This document shows positions 1 to 13,139 of a stretch of 64,000 nucleotides of DNA, one piece after another. Below the pieces are notes generated by a model. That model did not search any database. It saw nothing but the letters and a program-made list of their open reading frames with translations, and was not told where the DNA came from. Location: NCBI RefSeq assembly GCF_001194135.2, contig NC_068998.1, positions 52,926,511 to 52,990,510 on the forward strand. Direction: 5' to 3'. Each line of letters begins with the position of its first letter. Positions within the stretch are counted from its first letter, which is position 1. The stretch is from Octopus bimaculoides (lineage: Eukaryota). Made by a program: the position numbers and the translations under genes.

Positions 1-110
1 TGCTAAAGAGCGTAGGCTCGAAACCTAAAAGATTCTGTCAATTCCCGAGCGTCAAACTAATACACCTGCTGATTGTTTGCATAGCCGTCTTCGTCTTTTT
101 TTTTTTTTTT
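1..110 (+). mobile_element. Penelope-like element terminus with hammerhead-like motif (runs off window start)
   Basis: gagc-gtag-gctc-gaaa at 8-23 followed by ttcccgagcgtcaaactaatacac; closely related sequence at 58701-58780 and a related one at 49547-49610. Confidence 0.5.
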
Positions 111-112
111 TG

Positions 113-155
113 NNNNNNNNNNNNNNNNNNNNNNNNNNNNNNNNNNNNNNNNNNN
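113..155. other. Assembly gap
   Basis: Run of N between poly-T and (TA)n. Confidence 1.
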
Positions 156-203
<48 letters not shown>

Positions 204-820
204 TGTATGTATATATGTGCATGTATGTATACATTCCCCTATATATGTGTGCATGTATATAGACATGCTTCCGTACTATTACGCATAATTATATGCCAAC
301 ATATATAGTTTGTTGGTACCATATATCCTAGCATCCGTGTATTCATATACATCGTACACACGTATACGCACACATAAACACACATATATGCATTGTATGA
401 GGGAAGAGTAATTTTTCCACGAAGGACTATCGTTGTCGTTCACTTCGCTTTATTATTAATTAAACAGTTAACTAATGAAGTAATTAACCAGCTAACTATC
501 CCTTTGCTTGACTCGGTTGTTTGATCAAGCAGGCAATCAGCTGGATTTTAAGAGTCCTTTATGGCAAAATAACCCTCCCGAATGACAACATCGCAATACG
601 AAATACCATGAAGGAGCTTGCAGAACAAATACAAAACCGAAGTCAATCAATCAGTGAATCCCTCAATCACTATCTATCTATCTATCTATCTACTTACCTC
701 TCTATCTATCTATCTACATATATATATCTATAATTGACGGTTTAAAGTCTATTCTCAGCATGTTGGTATAGAAATCTTCTTTCTTTTGCCCTTGTTTATA
801 ATTATATATATCTACATCTA

Positions 821-852
<32 letters not shown>

Positions 853-877
853 AACACACACATAGACACGCAGAGAA

Positions 878-1015
878 ACGACGGGTTTCTTTCTGATTCG
901 GTCTACGAAATTCACTCACAAGGTTCTGGTCGGCCCGTGGCTATAGTAGAAGATACTAGCCCCTTGATGCGTCGCAGTGAAACTACCCGAAACGATGTGG
1001 CTGGGGGGCAAATTT
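878..1015 (-). mobile_element. tRNA-derived SINE, family A (CORE-like centre), 5' part, degraded
   Basis: Reverse complement matches the head and body of the intact copy at 52849-53232 (ctactatagcc..gggccgacc..ttgtgagtgaattt..gtagac). Confidence 0.75.
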
Positions 1016-1070
1016 TGCCCCAGACTGTCACACCTGATCAGGTCTTTAAAAAGTACGTTAGCAACATCCA

Positions 1071-1280
1071 TATTCTTTTCTACTCTAGGCACAAGGCCCG
1101 AAACATTTGGGGAAGAAGTAGGTCGATTAGACCGACCCAAGTACGCAACTGGTACTTAGTTTATCGACCCCGAAAGGGATAAAAGCAAAGTCGACCTCGG
1201 TGGAATTTGAACTCAGAACGATGAAATACCGCTAAGCATTTTCTCTGGCGTGCTATCGTTTCTGCCAGCTTCTCAACGCC
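1071..1280 (-). mobile_element. tRNA-derived SINE, family B, near full length
   Basis: Reverse complement reads gctggcagaaacgatagcacgcc..atgcttagcggtatttc..gttctgagttcaaattccaccgaggtcgactttgc..gggccttgtgcctagagtagaaaagaat; B-box-like gagttcaaatt. Confidence 0.85.
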
Positions 1281-1679
1281 TTCATAGCATCTATATTGTC
1301 TAAATAAAGGGGTGCATGGATGTTTGGAAGGATTTTGACCACTGATATGGTTTACAATGGCAGGCCTGGGGCTAAACAACAATAGTGTCAGGTTGAGTAT
1401 TATCCCACTCTCACCAGCATTTCATTTCACAAGCTTGTAATGATGTGTTCCAGAGTTCGAAATAGCATGAAAGCTGCTTTGGCATTTGCTATTCGTTTCC
1501 GCTACAAAATACAAAATATGTTCAACATCTTAAAAGAATGGGCTACGGGTATAACACCCGGGCATACATTTGTATATACATGCATACATAAGTACATGCA
1601 TGCATGCATGCATACATACACATGTGTGTAGATACGTGTGCACACACACTCACACAGACGTACACACATTATATCTTTT

Positions 1680-2040
1680 ATTTTTTATCTTTTGCTTGTT
1701 TCGGTCATTGGAATGCGGTCATACTGGAGCAAAGCTCTGGAGAATCTTAGACGAAGCAATTAACGCGACGACTTCGTTTGAAGTCTGGTACATATGCAAT
1801 TGTGTTTTTGCCGAACTGTGTTAGAAGGACATAAACAAACGAACAACGGTCTTTAAGCGGGCTGGGGAAGGGCACATACGCTGACACAAAGATACACAGA
1901 GGCACATATATATACGATGGTCTTCCACACAGTTTCGTCTACCGAATTCCCTTACAAGGAAATGGTCGGCCTGAAGCTATGGTAGAAGACACATGGCCAA
2001 GGTGCTCGGCATTGGGACTGAACCCGGAACGATGGGGCTT
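1680..2040 (-). mobile_element. SINE family A, degraded full length
   Basis: Head (gttccgggttcagtcccaatgc), CORE-like centre, internal (TA/TG) tract and tail (gaccgcattccaatgaccgaaacaagcaaaagataaaa). Confidence 0.75.
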
Positions 2041-2339
2041 CCCTCGTTTTCGATAGTGATTATCCAGTTGATGGATCAACTGAATGGCTGCCTATTTCAA
2101 ATGACATCTGAAGAGTTTGAATATCTCACAGACACATGAACTCTACGAAAGAAAGTTCCTGCGTGATGCAGAGACTGGCGATTATACACCTTTAAATTTC
2201 TGATACAATTCACGCAAGAGGACCCGGGGCACTTGTTGCCCAAAAGTCCACTCCAGAGGATCGAACACACAATAATAGACACAAAACATTCTGCCTACCA
2301 ACATAACGGATCATATATCTCATATATATATATATCCCT

Positions 2340-2432
2340 CTTTTATCTTTTACTTGCACTTATCATTAGACTGTGGCCTAACTGGGGTGCCGCCGTGGGC
2401 AATTTCTGGTCGAATGAATCCCAGTACTTGGG

Positions 2433-2493
<61 letters not shown>

Positions 2494-2768
2494 AACCTGA
2501 TATTTATTTTATCACTCACTTTCGCCGAACCCCTAACTTTATATGGACGTAAACATACCAAAAATGGTTGTCAAGCGCTGGTGCAGAACAAACACACGCA
2601 CATACATACATACATACATACAGAGACATATATATATACATATACTGGCTTCTGTTAGTCGGCCCGAGGCTAAAGAAAAAAGTATTTTACCAATATGCAA
2701 CGTAGTGGGACTGAAACCGGAACCATGTGATTGGGGAGCAAGCTGCTTACCACACAGCCACGCCTGCG
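2340..2768 (-). mobile_element. SINE family A with internal microsatellites
   Basis: Reverse complement starts cgcaggcgtggctgtgtggtaagcagcttgctcccc..catggttccggtttcagtcccact; tail ends aagtaaaagataaaa. Confidence 0.8.
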
Positions 2769-2830
2769 GCAGTATGTGTATATATATATGATAAATAAAA
2801 TATATACATATTTTACGTTATATATATATG

Positions 2831-2869
<39 letters not shown>

Positions 2870-3322
2870 CATGTGCATACTAGACGCGTACATATACATA
2901 CATACACTTATACGTGGACAAATACCTTCATACATACATACATGCAAACATACAATAGAAGTTGAAATTAAATGTGTTGCTTTTAAGGCAAAATTTCTTG
3001 ATCTCTTCACTTGGATAGGTTGAATATGGCGTTGTTTCTTACATAGGCACAAGGCCAGCAATTTAGAGAAAGTTGTTAATCGATGAGATCGAAACCCAGA
3101 GTTTATGCCGTTAATACATATCACAGCTGAAAACGCACCCTTGACGTCAGCTGGAATTGAACCCGTAACCTTACCCAGACGTATGGTTTGTACACCAATA
3201 TTGTTTTCTCTGTCACTTTAAGAATCGACCACAAGTACCTGAATGGTACGGTTTCATCCCATCTTGGATGAAAAGCTAAGTTGATCCCGGCGGGATTTCT
3301 GACCAGTATATGACGTAGTAAA

Positions 3323-3357
<35 letters not shown>

Positions 3358-3376
3358 TGATAATAATAATAATAAT

Positions 3377-3625
3377 CTATTCTTCTATTAGCCAGAAGGG
3401 CTCACATATAATAACATTAAAAGACATACAACAACATAAAAGACAAAAATAGGACGATACAATGTGGTTTACAGCGTGTAAATAATATAAACAACAATGA
3501 AAAATTAAACAAATTAAAACTGCCAATGGGGAGGGCGCTTTAAGGACCTCGTGGAAAACCCACAACAGCCATGGGGGAATAATAAATAACTTGCTGTCTC
3601 TTGGGGTCTCTGGGTGAGACTTGGA
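3377..3625 (-). mobile_element. Non-LTR retrotransposon 3' UTR, probably L1/Tx1-like, ending in (ATT)n
   Basis: T-rich 3'-UTR-like sequence on the minus strand running directly into the (ATT)n array at 3322-3376; same orientation as the neighbouring element; clade is inferred from context only. Confidence 0.4.
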
Positions 3626-3629
3626 GTCA

Positions 3630-3965
3630 ACATGTACAAAACAAAAGCAAACAATTCCTTCTAGTAATCTTTCGTTTATTTACCACTGAGGGTTTATATA
3701 AAAGATTTCGGATGGCATAGGACGGTACAAAACACAAAGGGTGGGATTTAATCGTGTAAAAGGCAATAACAATAAAAGGTTTTAAGAAGAAAATCCTCAA
3801 AAGCGAGGGACTTCCAAGGGCTGTTCGCGCAAACATCATAATACTCACGATCGCCCTGACCTCAAGGGCATGTGATCTCTCCACTTCGTCTACCCTCGAT
3901 CTTCGTCTTGCTTAGAATAGGTCCGTTCACTCGGGGCCATTCACGCTCATTCACCCACCTTTTAG
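3630..3965 (-). mobile_element. Non-LTR retrotransposon 3' end, probably L1/Tx1 clade
   Basis: Minus-strand translation AKRWVNE..RVNGPILS resembles 5160-5262 (FIERWVKVAKMV); followed by a UTR and taaataaac polyA-like signal. Confidence 0.55.
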
Positions 3966-3995
3966 CAACAACAAGAATAATGATAATGATGATGA

Positions 3996-4071
<76 letters not shown>

Positions 4072-4409
4072 TTCAATAATACGTACAACTTGTATAGACG
4101 TATGCTGACGCATATTGGTGTGTGTATGTATGTGTGTATTTATGTATGCATGTATGTATGTCTATATATATGTATGCCTGTGTGGTTTACATATGTAGGT
4201 ATGTATATGTATGTATGTATGCATGTATGTAGATAGCTAGCTAGATAGATAGATAGATATAAAGGTATAGTAGAAGCGACAGAGTGACTCGAGGGCAGTT
4301 TCGTACGTGAGCACTTATGAAGCTATATCTATATATAAATATATATTGGTTGATATACATGCATGTGTGTGTGTGCATGTGTGTGTGTTAGGGGTGGTGG
4401 TGGATATAT

Positions 4410-4550
4410 CTATCTATCGATTCTGGAAGAAAAGCAGGCGAAGCGGAATCCTTCACAGTGTAATTTGAACTCACAACGTAAAGACGGACCACATGCCGCT
4501 AAGTACTTCGTTCGGCGTTCTATCGATTCGGCCAGCTCGCTGCCTTAATA
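4410..4550 (-). mobile_element. SINE family B, 5' part
   Basis: Reverse complement aggcagcgagctggccgaatcgatagaacgccgaacgaagtacttagcggcat..acgttgtgagttcaaatt. Confidence 0.75.
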
Positions 4551-4659
4551 GTAATACCGACATCATCATCAACAACAATAATGATAATAATAGTAATTTC
4601 ATTCATTAGCCACACGGGTATAGATGAAGGGGAGATCACAATGATAAGTAAGGACGATT

Positions 4660-4867
4660 TCGAGCCTTGATATTAGAGAAGCATTTTGAGGGGAGGGCGA
4701 AATCGATTGCAATGGCCACATTGCTCAGCTGGTACTTATTTTATTGACCCCGAAAAGATGAAAGGCAAGGTTGGCCTTGGTGGAAATTGAACTCGGAAAG
4801 TAAAAACGGACGAAATTCAGCTAAGCATTTTGTCCGGCGTGCTGACGATTCTCTCTGCTCGCTGTCT
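4660..4867 (-). mobile_element. SINE family B
   Basis: Head, gagttcaatttccaccaaggccaaccttgcctttcatc and aagtaccagctg body; the 5' end abuts the (TAA)n array at 4869-4920. Confidence 0.8.
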
Positions 4868-4921
<54 letters not shown>

Positions 4922-5262
4922 GTGACTTCATTTATTTGCCACAAGGGTGACGGATGGGGGTAAAATACAAAGACAGGTATAAAATATGGGGTTTTGCACG
5001 GTATACACTGAAAAAGAAGGGACAAATGCATGGCCTACAAAGGTATTTAAAAGGTGTGGGGTGGATGATAGAAATGTGGCCCTCCTGGTACAAGAGGGCC
5101 TCTAGGGTTAATCGAGTAGCCCCACTCTCCGAGATTTTCCTCAAACCCCAAGAGCAAATGTCCTCTTTAATTCTTTCTCTCCGACTCACAGGTCTACACT
5201 CAGAGAGGTACCATTTTCGCAACTTTCACCCACCTTTCAATAAACTCATTCGGGGACAGCAC
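4922..5262 (-). mobile_element. Non-LTR retrotransposon 3' end, probably L1/Tx1 clade, with (ATT)n tail
   Basis: Minus strand encodes VLSPNEFIERWVKVAKMVP, then a UTR, aaataaa, and a direct run into (ATT)n. Confidence 0.55.
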
Positions 5263-6391
5263 AATAATAATATTAACGATGATGGTGATGCTGCTGATGA
5301 TGATGGTGATGGTGGTGGTGGTGGTGGTGCTGCTGCTGCTGATGATGATGATGGTGATGATTTCAAATTTTGGCAGAACGTCAAAAGTCTTACGGGTAGG
5401 GCGTGATTCGATTATAACGAGGCCGGCACTTGAGTGATACTTTACTGTATCGACCCGATATGATTAAATACAAGGTCGATTTTAATGATAATGACAATAT
5501 GACACTATTTTGCATAGCACGATTACTAGAGGCACTGTGATGGTGTGTTATTGATGTTTTTACCTATACTTTTCGGCATTGTCAGTGAATATAAGTGGCG
5601 GACCTGGTGGGAACTTTGTCATTACATCATCACTGTGTAAAGCAGTCACAATGTGGAAGCATGAATTTCTATCAATAGTAGACAACTGTCCCCTAATCAG
5701 GACCTGCAGTCTTTCCAAAGGTAAACGACGCATTGTATGACGTACGTCTTAAAGACGTGGTTTTGAAATGGTGCGGTGGTAACGGTTCTAATCTCTTTGA
5801 TTATAGTTCTGCTCATGGGAGCTGACCCGTGACGAAGCAACCACAAATATAACTATCAGAAACGACATGTAATATTACAAAGATTACTTTTATGTAATTT
5901 AATTAGATATCTTAATTAAACATAGGATCCATAATTCATTTTACGAAGATATACGAATGTGTAACGTTCATGCTGTCATAAAGCGCAATAATGGAATCCA
6001 CTGGGAATTGAAACGGCGTTGCAGACAAGACGTGATGAGATATCTAACTCTCGGTTTACAGCGGCAGTAAATATAATAAATCAATAATACATACGATAGT
6101 TTTAGTTTATAACTTTTGATACCATCATATTTATCAGTCTAGGTATCCGATATTAGTTAACAGCTATGGTATTTTAAACGAAAGAAGAAGACGATGAAGA
6201 ATAAATATCGCGTCAACATCGGATAAAGTGTTACGTTGAAGAGCGAAAAGAAAGAAAAAAAGAAGCTCTTGTTGTTAACGTATTGATTGAGACGTAATTC
6301 GAACCGTAGAATACATTGGATGTGCTTTCAGGACACATTTCCACCTCAACCTTTAGTGGACAGTTTATCAAAGTTTTGAGATTCTAAGTAA

Positions 6392-6452
<61 letters not shown>

Positions 6453-6848
6453 TGTCAGAGCCAAAAGAGAAACATGGTGCATTCGGATTGTTGATATTTG
6501 AATGAAATCGAAGTATTTTAGAAAGAAAGAAATACACGCGATCGCACGCACTCGCACGCGCGTATTCAACACAAACACATTCTCATACAAACACATACAC
6601 ATATGAGTATATATGCATATACACACGTACATATATGTCCACATGCATGAACATATAATTTCTAAATATGTGTGTGTGTGTGTGTCTGTTTGAGAGTGTG
6701 TTTTTGTACATGCATACGTACATATCTGCATGTATACAGACTCCATCAGGGAAACTAAGTGGTTTTCATTTATTTTCAGCTGAGCATTCATTAAATTCCA
6801 TGAAGTTTCAACTCCCGGTGCCTTTATGTGTGTGCATTTATGTGTATG

Positions 6849-6849
6849 C

Positions 6850-6880
<31 letters not shown>

Positions 6881-6885
6881 TGTGC
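6849..6885. repeat. (CG)8 followed by (TG)n alternating purine-pyrimidine tract
   Basis: cgcgcgcgcgcgcgcg at 6849-6864, then tgtgtg... Confidence 0.95.
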
Positions 6886-7044
6886 ACGTGCTCGCGTGTG
6901 TTACTGAAATAATGCACGCGTATGTGTGCATGCTTTAAACAAAATCTAATGTAATATGATTATATATACATACATACATATTTATATATGTGTGTGTGTA
7001 TGCATGTATATGTATCTATGTGTATATATATATATATATACAAG

Positions 7045-7084
<40 letters not shown>

Positions 7085-7682
7085 TATGTATATATATGTC
7101 TATGTATGTATATATGCGTTTATGTATGCGTGAATGTACTTGCGTGTGTGTGTATGTGTATGTACATATTGCAGAAAATAATCTCAACGTGACATGTGAC
7201 TAATACCGGTAAATAATTTTAAAAAAACATATATTAACAAAGTATGGAAGTACAACAAAACACACACACATAGAGAAACAGAAATAAACAAAACAATTGC
7301 ATTAAATCTTTGCAGATAACAAACTGAAGTTTAAAGGTGAGAGAATGATTGGAACTTACCTGTTGTGTGTGACAGCGAAGTGTAAATTTCAGACTTAAAT
7401 AAGTCTTTCTCTCCATCACTACAAATCCATGTATTTTATACACATATACATATATACATACACACACGCACGCACATTTGTATACCTGTATATATATATA
7501 TATATATATATACACGTATGTATGTATGTATGTATATATGTATATATATTAGTTTGTCAGTTTATGTTTCTTTATGTGCCATGCGATACTTTGTTTAGGC
7601 TCTTCATTGAAACACTGGTGGCAGTAATGGTAGCGACAAAAACAACGACAACAATGAGTATAAAGATTATTATTACAATTGC

Positions 7683-7713
<31 letters not shown>

Positions 7714-9325
7714 TGTATTAATAGTATTTATAGGACTAGAAGTGGTAGTCGTCGTAGTAGTAATATCATTATTATCAATATTTATGTCATCCAACATCGT
7801 CTTGTTGCTATAAGTTTGAAATGTGATATATATTTTAATGAAGTGAAAGAAATGAAGAAATAAGATATTAAAAATATATGGTATAGAAGGAAATCCACAT
7901 TTAAATTGGAAGCAGCGAAGCGTTTCATCTAGAATGTATATATTTGTCTTCTTAAATTGTATGGATGTACGTACGTGCGGTGCGTGGAACGCTTTTATAA
8001 GCGTAGCGCACCTTCATATATCGCAACGTATAAATAGAATATGATATGCTATAATTTTAATATTCTATTATATTATACTGGATTTATAATATATGTTATA
8101 GTAAACTTAATTAATGATATTCGTAATAAGAAAAGTAGTAATTAACATCCAAACCCGCAGAAGTAACTATAAATATCTAAATTTAACAGTTGAAAGTCTT
8201 GGAAAACATTCGTTGAATACTTCTTATTCCATAGACTTTTTGTTCCTTATTTTCTTTTTATTATTAACATTATCATCATTATCATCATCATCATCATTAT
8301 TATTATTATTAATTTTATCAAAATTATTATTATTATCAGTGTTGTTTTTGCTTGTTTGTTTGTTGTTTTTTTTTGGCGTTGTTTGTTATTGTTTGTTGAT
8401 TGTTGTTATTTGTATTGTGTATTATAGTAATAATAATAATAATAATGCCTGTGTGTGTGTCTTGTGCTGGGAGGAACTAACTGACTGTTTGAATGGCATC
8501 GCTGGAATCCTGCCAGTCACACGCTGACTGCTGCCACCACAATTGTGACGTCAAATGTTTCTGCTGTGGAGTCTGCACAGTTTACTTTCGAAATGTTGCT
8601 GTTGCGCTTGATGTTGCGTTTTTCAAAACTCTCTCCAGTGACGCAAGAAAACGAAAACTAGCAGCATGCTTCGGAAAACAAAATATAAACAACAACAACA
8701 GCGAACAAGAAGATTATATTTCTTGCTATTATCATGCATCTGTAACTATTATTGTGCTTATATTTTCACACCGACTCACTCTCATTCCCACATAAGCATA
8801 CACACACACATATTATATGCTCATGCATGCAGATATCTAGGTACGCCGTCTGTAAATATTGTATTGAATTAGTCAAGATACACGCACAGAAAAGTTACAA
8901 CACTATACCACATGCATAATACACACATACAAATGTAAGCACATTCATACGTATATAGGTATGGCGATAAACTGTATGGTATTCATAATTCTACGCAGAC
9001 CTACACAGACATATATACTTTCCTAAGTAAATACATACATGTATATATATGTATATATATACATGTTCATACATACAGACATATATCGATGCACACGTAC
9101 ACTCGAACACAAGCATATACACACACGCAAACAATCATACATACTCACACACACATACACACTTATACAGAGACAAAAACGGACACACATACACAGATCT
9201 ACCTGACTGGCAATGCAATACGGTATGTACAGAAGTCCAGAAAAAAACGAGGGAGAAAGAGGGAGGTTGTAGAAGAGAAGGAGGGAGCAGAACGAGAGAG
9301 GGAGAGCGAGAGAGAGAAAGCCAGA

Positions 9326-9369
<44 letters not shown>

Positions 9370-9568
9370 GAGAGAAGGAATGGAATTATTAAAAAAATAT
9401 TGTGAGTTCGGGTTGATATTAAAAAAAAAAAATAGATTGTCAACAAATATTGAAATTAAAGATTTTCGTCGGACGAACTAAATATTAAAACAAAACAACA
9501 AAATTATCCAAATTCAGAAAATAAAGGAAAAAAGAAAAGAAGAACATAGTAAGCAACTTTATTCGTCA

Positions 9569-9651
<83 letters not shown>

Positions 9652-9864
9652 TGTATGTATATAAGCAAAATATGGATGTCTAGAATCGGTTGGGGGCGGC
9701 CGATGAGGTGCGGCATGTTGGGGGAGAACCTGAGGAAGTTTTCATTCATGGAGCGGCAGAAGGTACTATTCAAGTTTATAGCATATTTTACGTGGAGTTT
9801 TTTTATTTATTACATCATCATCATTACTATCACCATCATCCTCATCAACATCATCATCAACACT

Positions 9865-10002
<138 letters not shown>

Positions 10003-10293
10003 ATGTATATAATGTACGTGGACATGCCTCACAAATGAATTACTCCCCCTCCTCATCTCTCTCCTCTTCTCTTCCCCTTTCTCTTCCTTATCCTCCTCCA
10101 TGCCTCTCTCTTACTTTCTCTCTTCCTCTGTTGCTCTCTCACTCACTTTCTCTGTCTAACGAACAAACACTCACTCACACACACACAAACACACACACAC
10201 AAACACACACACTCAAGCACACATATATGTGTATGTATGTAAATATATTCATATATGATTTACACTTAATGCAGTCTTTCGTTTATGCATTAC

Positions 10294-10296
<3 letters not shown>

Positions 10297-10386
<90 letters not shown>

Positions 10387-10395
10387 TCTCTCTAT
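10297..10395. repeat. Long (CT)n microsatellite
   Basis: Directly visible. Confidence 0.95.
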
Positions 10396-11720
10396 TTATT
10401 TACCTATCTATCTATCTATCTAATCCCGCAGTAACTTACATTTGCGGTCGTTGTTACCCTTTCATGCTATTTTTTTACGATATAATTACAAATAAAAAAG
10501 AATAATAAATTCTAGTCTTTATTATTATAAATACTGTTACTACTGCAGTACTTTTCTCTCTTGTAAATATTATCGCTGATTTTATTGTTGTCTTTCTTGT
10601 TAAAGGCTGCCCGTATTGTTAAAGTGAATGTTCTTTTTTATTCTTTAAGTATGGTCCCATTTCAGATATAAACTCTCGGACAGCCTTTGAAGAATTTAAT
10701 AATGATTCTCACATTATAGCCTCGACTTTTTAACCCCTTATTTCATCAGTCGTATTTTTTTGTTTTGTCTGATATTGTTCCCAATAATATTACTGTTGCA
10801 AATGAAAGATCTTGTGGCGTATGATTGTTGTTATGGCATTGTGTGATATCGGGCCGGTGCTATGACTGATGCACCTTCAGGATATTTTTATTTATCACAC
10901 AGCTACAACCTGATTTGATCTTTATTTTATCATCGTAATTATTGGATCTGAAGGCAAATTACGATTAGATTATATCATGGAACTGCTAGAACATAACTAT
11001 TTTGATATAAAAAAAATATACTAAATAACAGTTTTAGCGGGTGTGCACCGTTCACTCAGGACTTAAGACCCTTTGTTTCAACCGAGCTTTCAAAGTGTTC
11101 AACCGAGCTTTGAAAGTGCAGGCGCTTTACTCACCGGACTTCACAACTTGCGCTCGAATACGCAAACTGATTTCCGCAAACTTAATGACAACATAAATAC
11201 GGATGTTATGCGACAGCTGAGTTAGTACAATAAATTCTAGCTGAATACTAAGCGTTCTTACGATCGACTAAATCTCTCTGTCCCGCCACGAGATGTGTAA
11301 CTTTGCAGCTGCTTGTTTTTTACTTGTTGCAGTCATTAGACTGAGGCCATGCTGGGGCAGGACCTTGATGCGTGTTAACCGAAGAAGTCAACTCACACTA
11401 TTTACGTTTGTTTTCGGTCTCTTCTTTTTAATTTTTAAATCAGATATTTTGGGTGTCTTTTTTGTCGAATCGCTGTTTAAACATGTATGTATGTATATTT
11501 ATATATATATATATATATATATATGTACGTATGTATGTATATATATATGAGTGTCTGCAGTATTTATGCCTTGTGTGTGAGTGCGTGTGCGCGCGTGTGC
11601 GTGTGCGTGTGTGTGTAGAAAAGGAATAGAGAGAGAGTGGGGTGAAACGGTTAACCCGTTAAGATAAATAGGGCACAGGTCAAACGGACTCATAAATACA
11701 AACATATTTGAGCGCGCGCA

Positions 11721-11762
<42 letters not shown>

Positions 11763-11779
11763 ACACACAGACAATAGAC

Positions 11780-11950
11780 ACACATATGGACGTCCGGCTT
11801 CCGCACAGTTTTCTTCTACCTAATTCACTTGCAAGACATTTGCCGCCCCGGGGCTGTAGTAGAAGACACTTGTCTAAGGTGATGAATCGTAGAATTGAAC
11901 CCGAAGCCACAAGTTTGCAAAGCGACCGTCTTAACCACTGAGCTACGCCT
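11780..11950 (-). mobile_element. SINE head and CORE-like region (family A related); tail fragments at about 11300-11480
   Basis: Reverse complement ggcgtagctcagtggttaagacggtcgctttgcaaacttgtggcttcgggttcaattc..ccttagacaagtgtcttctactacagccccggg, with A- and B-box-like motifs. Confidence 0.75.
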
Positions 11951-12109
11951 TCATCTACGTTAGTAATTAATATATAAAAATAAAAAAAAACATAGAAAGA
12001 AATATAATTACATATAATGAATGGCGTGTTTGATTTTCACCTTATAGGATATTCTTGAATATGTTTTTGTTTTTTTTTCTATCACCTAAAAACCCTTTTA
12101 GTGAAATGA

Positions 12110-12185
12110 AATGGCTCTATCTGGGAATCGAACCAGGATCCTCGATTCGACGAGCCGAGAACGTACATCTTTCTTTACGAGTCAA
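12110..12185 (-). pseudogene. tRNA-like fragment (tRNA pseudogene or old SINE head)
   Basis: Reverse complement ends cgaggatcctggttcgattcccagatagagcca (T-loop GGTTCGATTCC and a terminal CCA); the 5' half does not fold as a tRNA. Confidence 0.35.
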
Positions 12186-12440
12186 CCCACAGTCAAGCGC
12201 GTGCCATGCATTAGAATTCCTACGCGATAGCATACAAAGATCAGTGCGGTGGGGAAAGGGGGTCTGTGGAGTTTAGAGGAGAAGGAAAGAGTGAGAGAGA
12301 AAGAGAAAGAGAGAGAGACTGCTGCTGCTACTACTACTACAACTACCATTAAGTACTATGAGCTTCAACTCAGTAAACCCTCGCAAAATCTTCCGAAGAA
12401 AAGAAAACATGCAACCGTATGGTGTGGGTGTGCGCGTATG

Positions 12441-12471
<31 letters not shown>

Positions 12472-13137
12472 NNNNNNNNNNNNNNNNNNNNNNNNNNNNN
12501 NNNNNNNNNNNNNNNNNNNNNNNNNNNNNNNNNNNNNNNNNNNNNNNNNNNNNNNNNNNNNNNNNNNNNNNNNNNNNNNNNNNNNNNNNNNNNNNNNNNN
12601 NNNNNNNNNNNNNNNNNNNNNNNNNNNNNNNNNNNNNNNNNNNNNNNNNNNNNNNNNNNNNNNNNNNNNNNNNNNNNNNNNNNNNNNNNNNNNNNNNNNN
12701 NNNNNNNNNNNNNNNNNNNNNNNNNNNNNNNNNNNNNNNNNNNNNNNNNNNNNNNNNNNNNNNNNNNNNNNNNNNNNNNNNNNNNNNNNNNNNNNNNNNN
12801 NNNNNNNNNNNNNNNNNNNNNNNNNNNNNNNNNNNNNNNNNNNNNNNNNNNNNNNNNNNNNNNNNNNNNNNNNNNNNNNNNNNNNNNNNNNNNNNNNNNN
12901 NNNNNNNNNNNNNNNNNNNNNNNNNNNNNNNNNNNNNNNNNNNNNNNNNNNNNNNNNNNNNNNNNNNNNNNNNNNNNNNNNNNNNNNNNNNNNNNNNNNN
13001 NNNNNNNNNNNNNNNNNNNNNNNNNNNNNNNNNNNNNNNNNNNNNNNNNNNNNNNNNNNNNNNNNNNNNNNNNNNNNNNNNNNNNNNNNNNNNNNNNNNN
13101 NNNNNNNNNNNNNNNNNNNNNNNNNNNNNNNNNNNNN
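12472..13137. other. Assembly gap
   Basis: Run of N flanked by (TA)n. Confidence 1.
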
Positions 13138-13139
13138 TA

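Noticed and set aside
2097-2300. Possible Gypsy pre-RT peptide (LLPKSPLQRIEHTIIDT)
   Set aside because: The resemblance is too short and no RT motifs follow.
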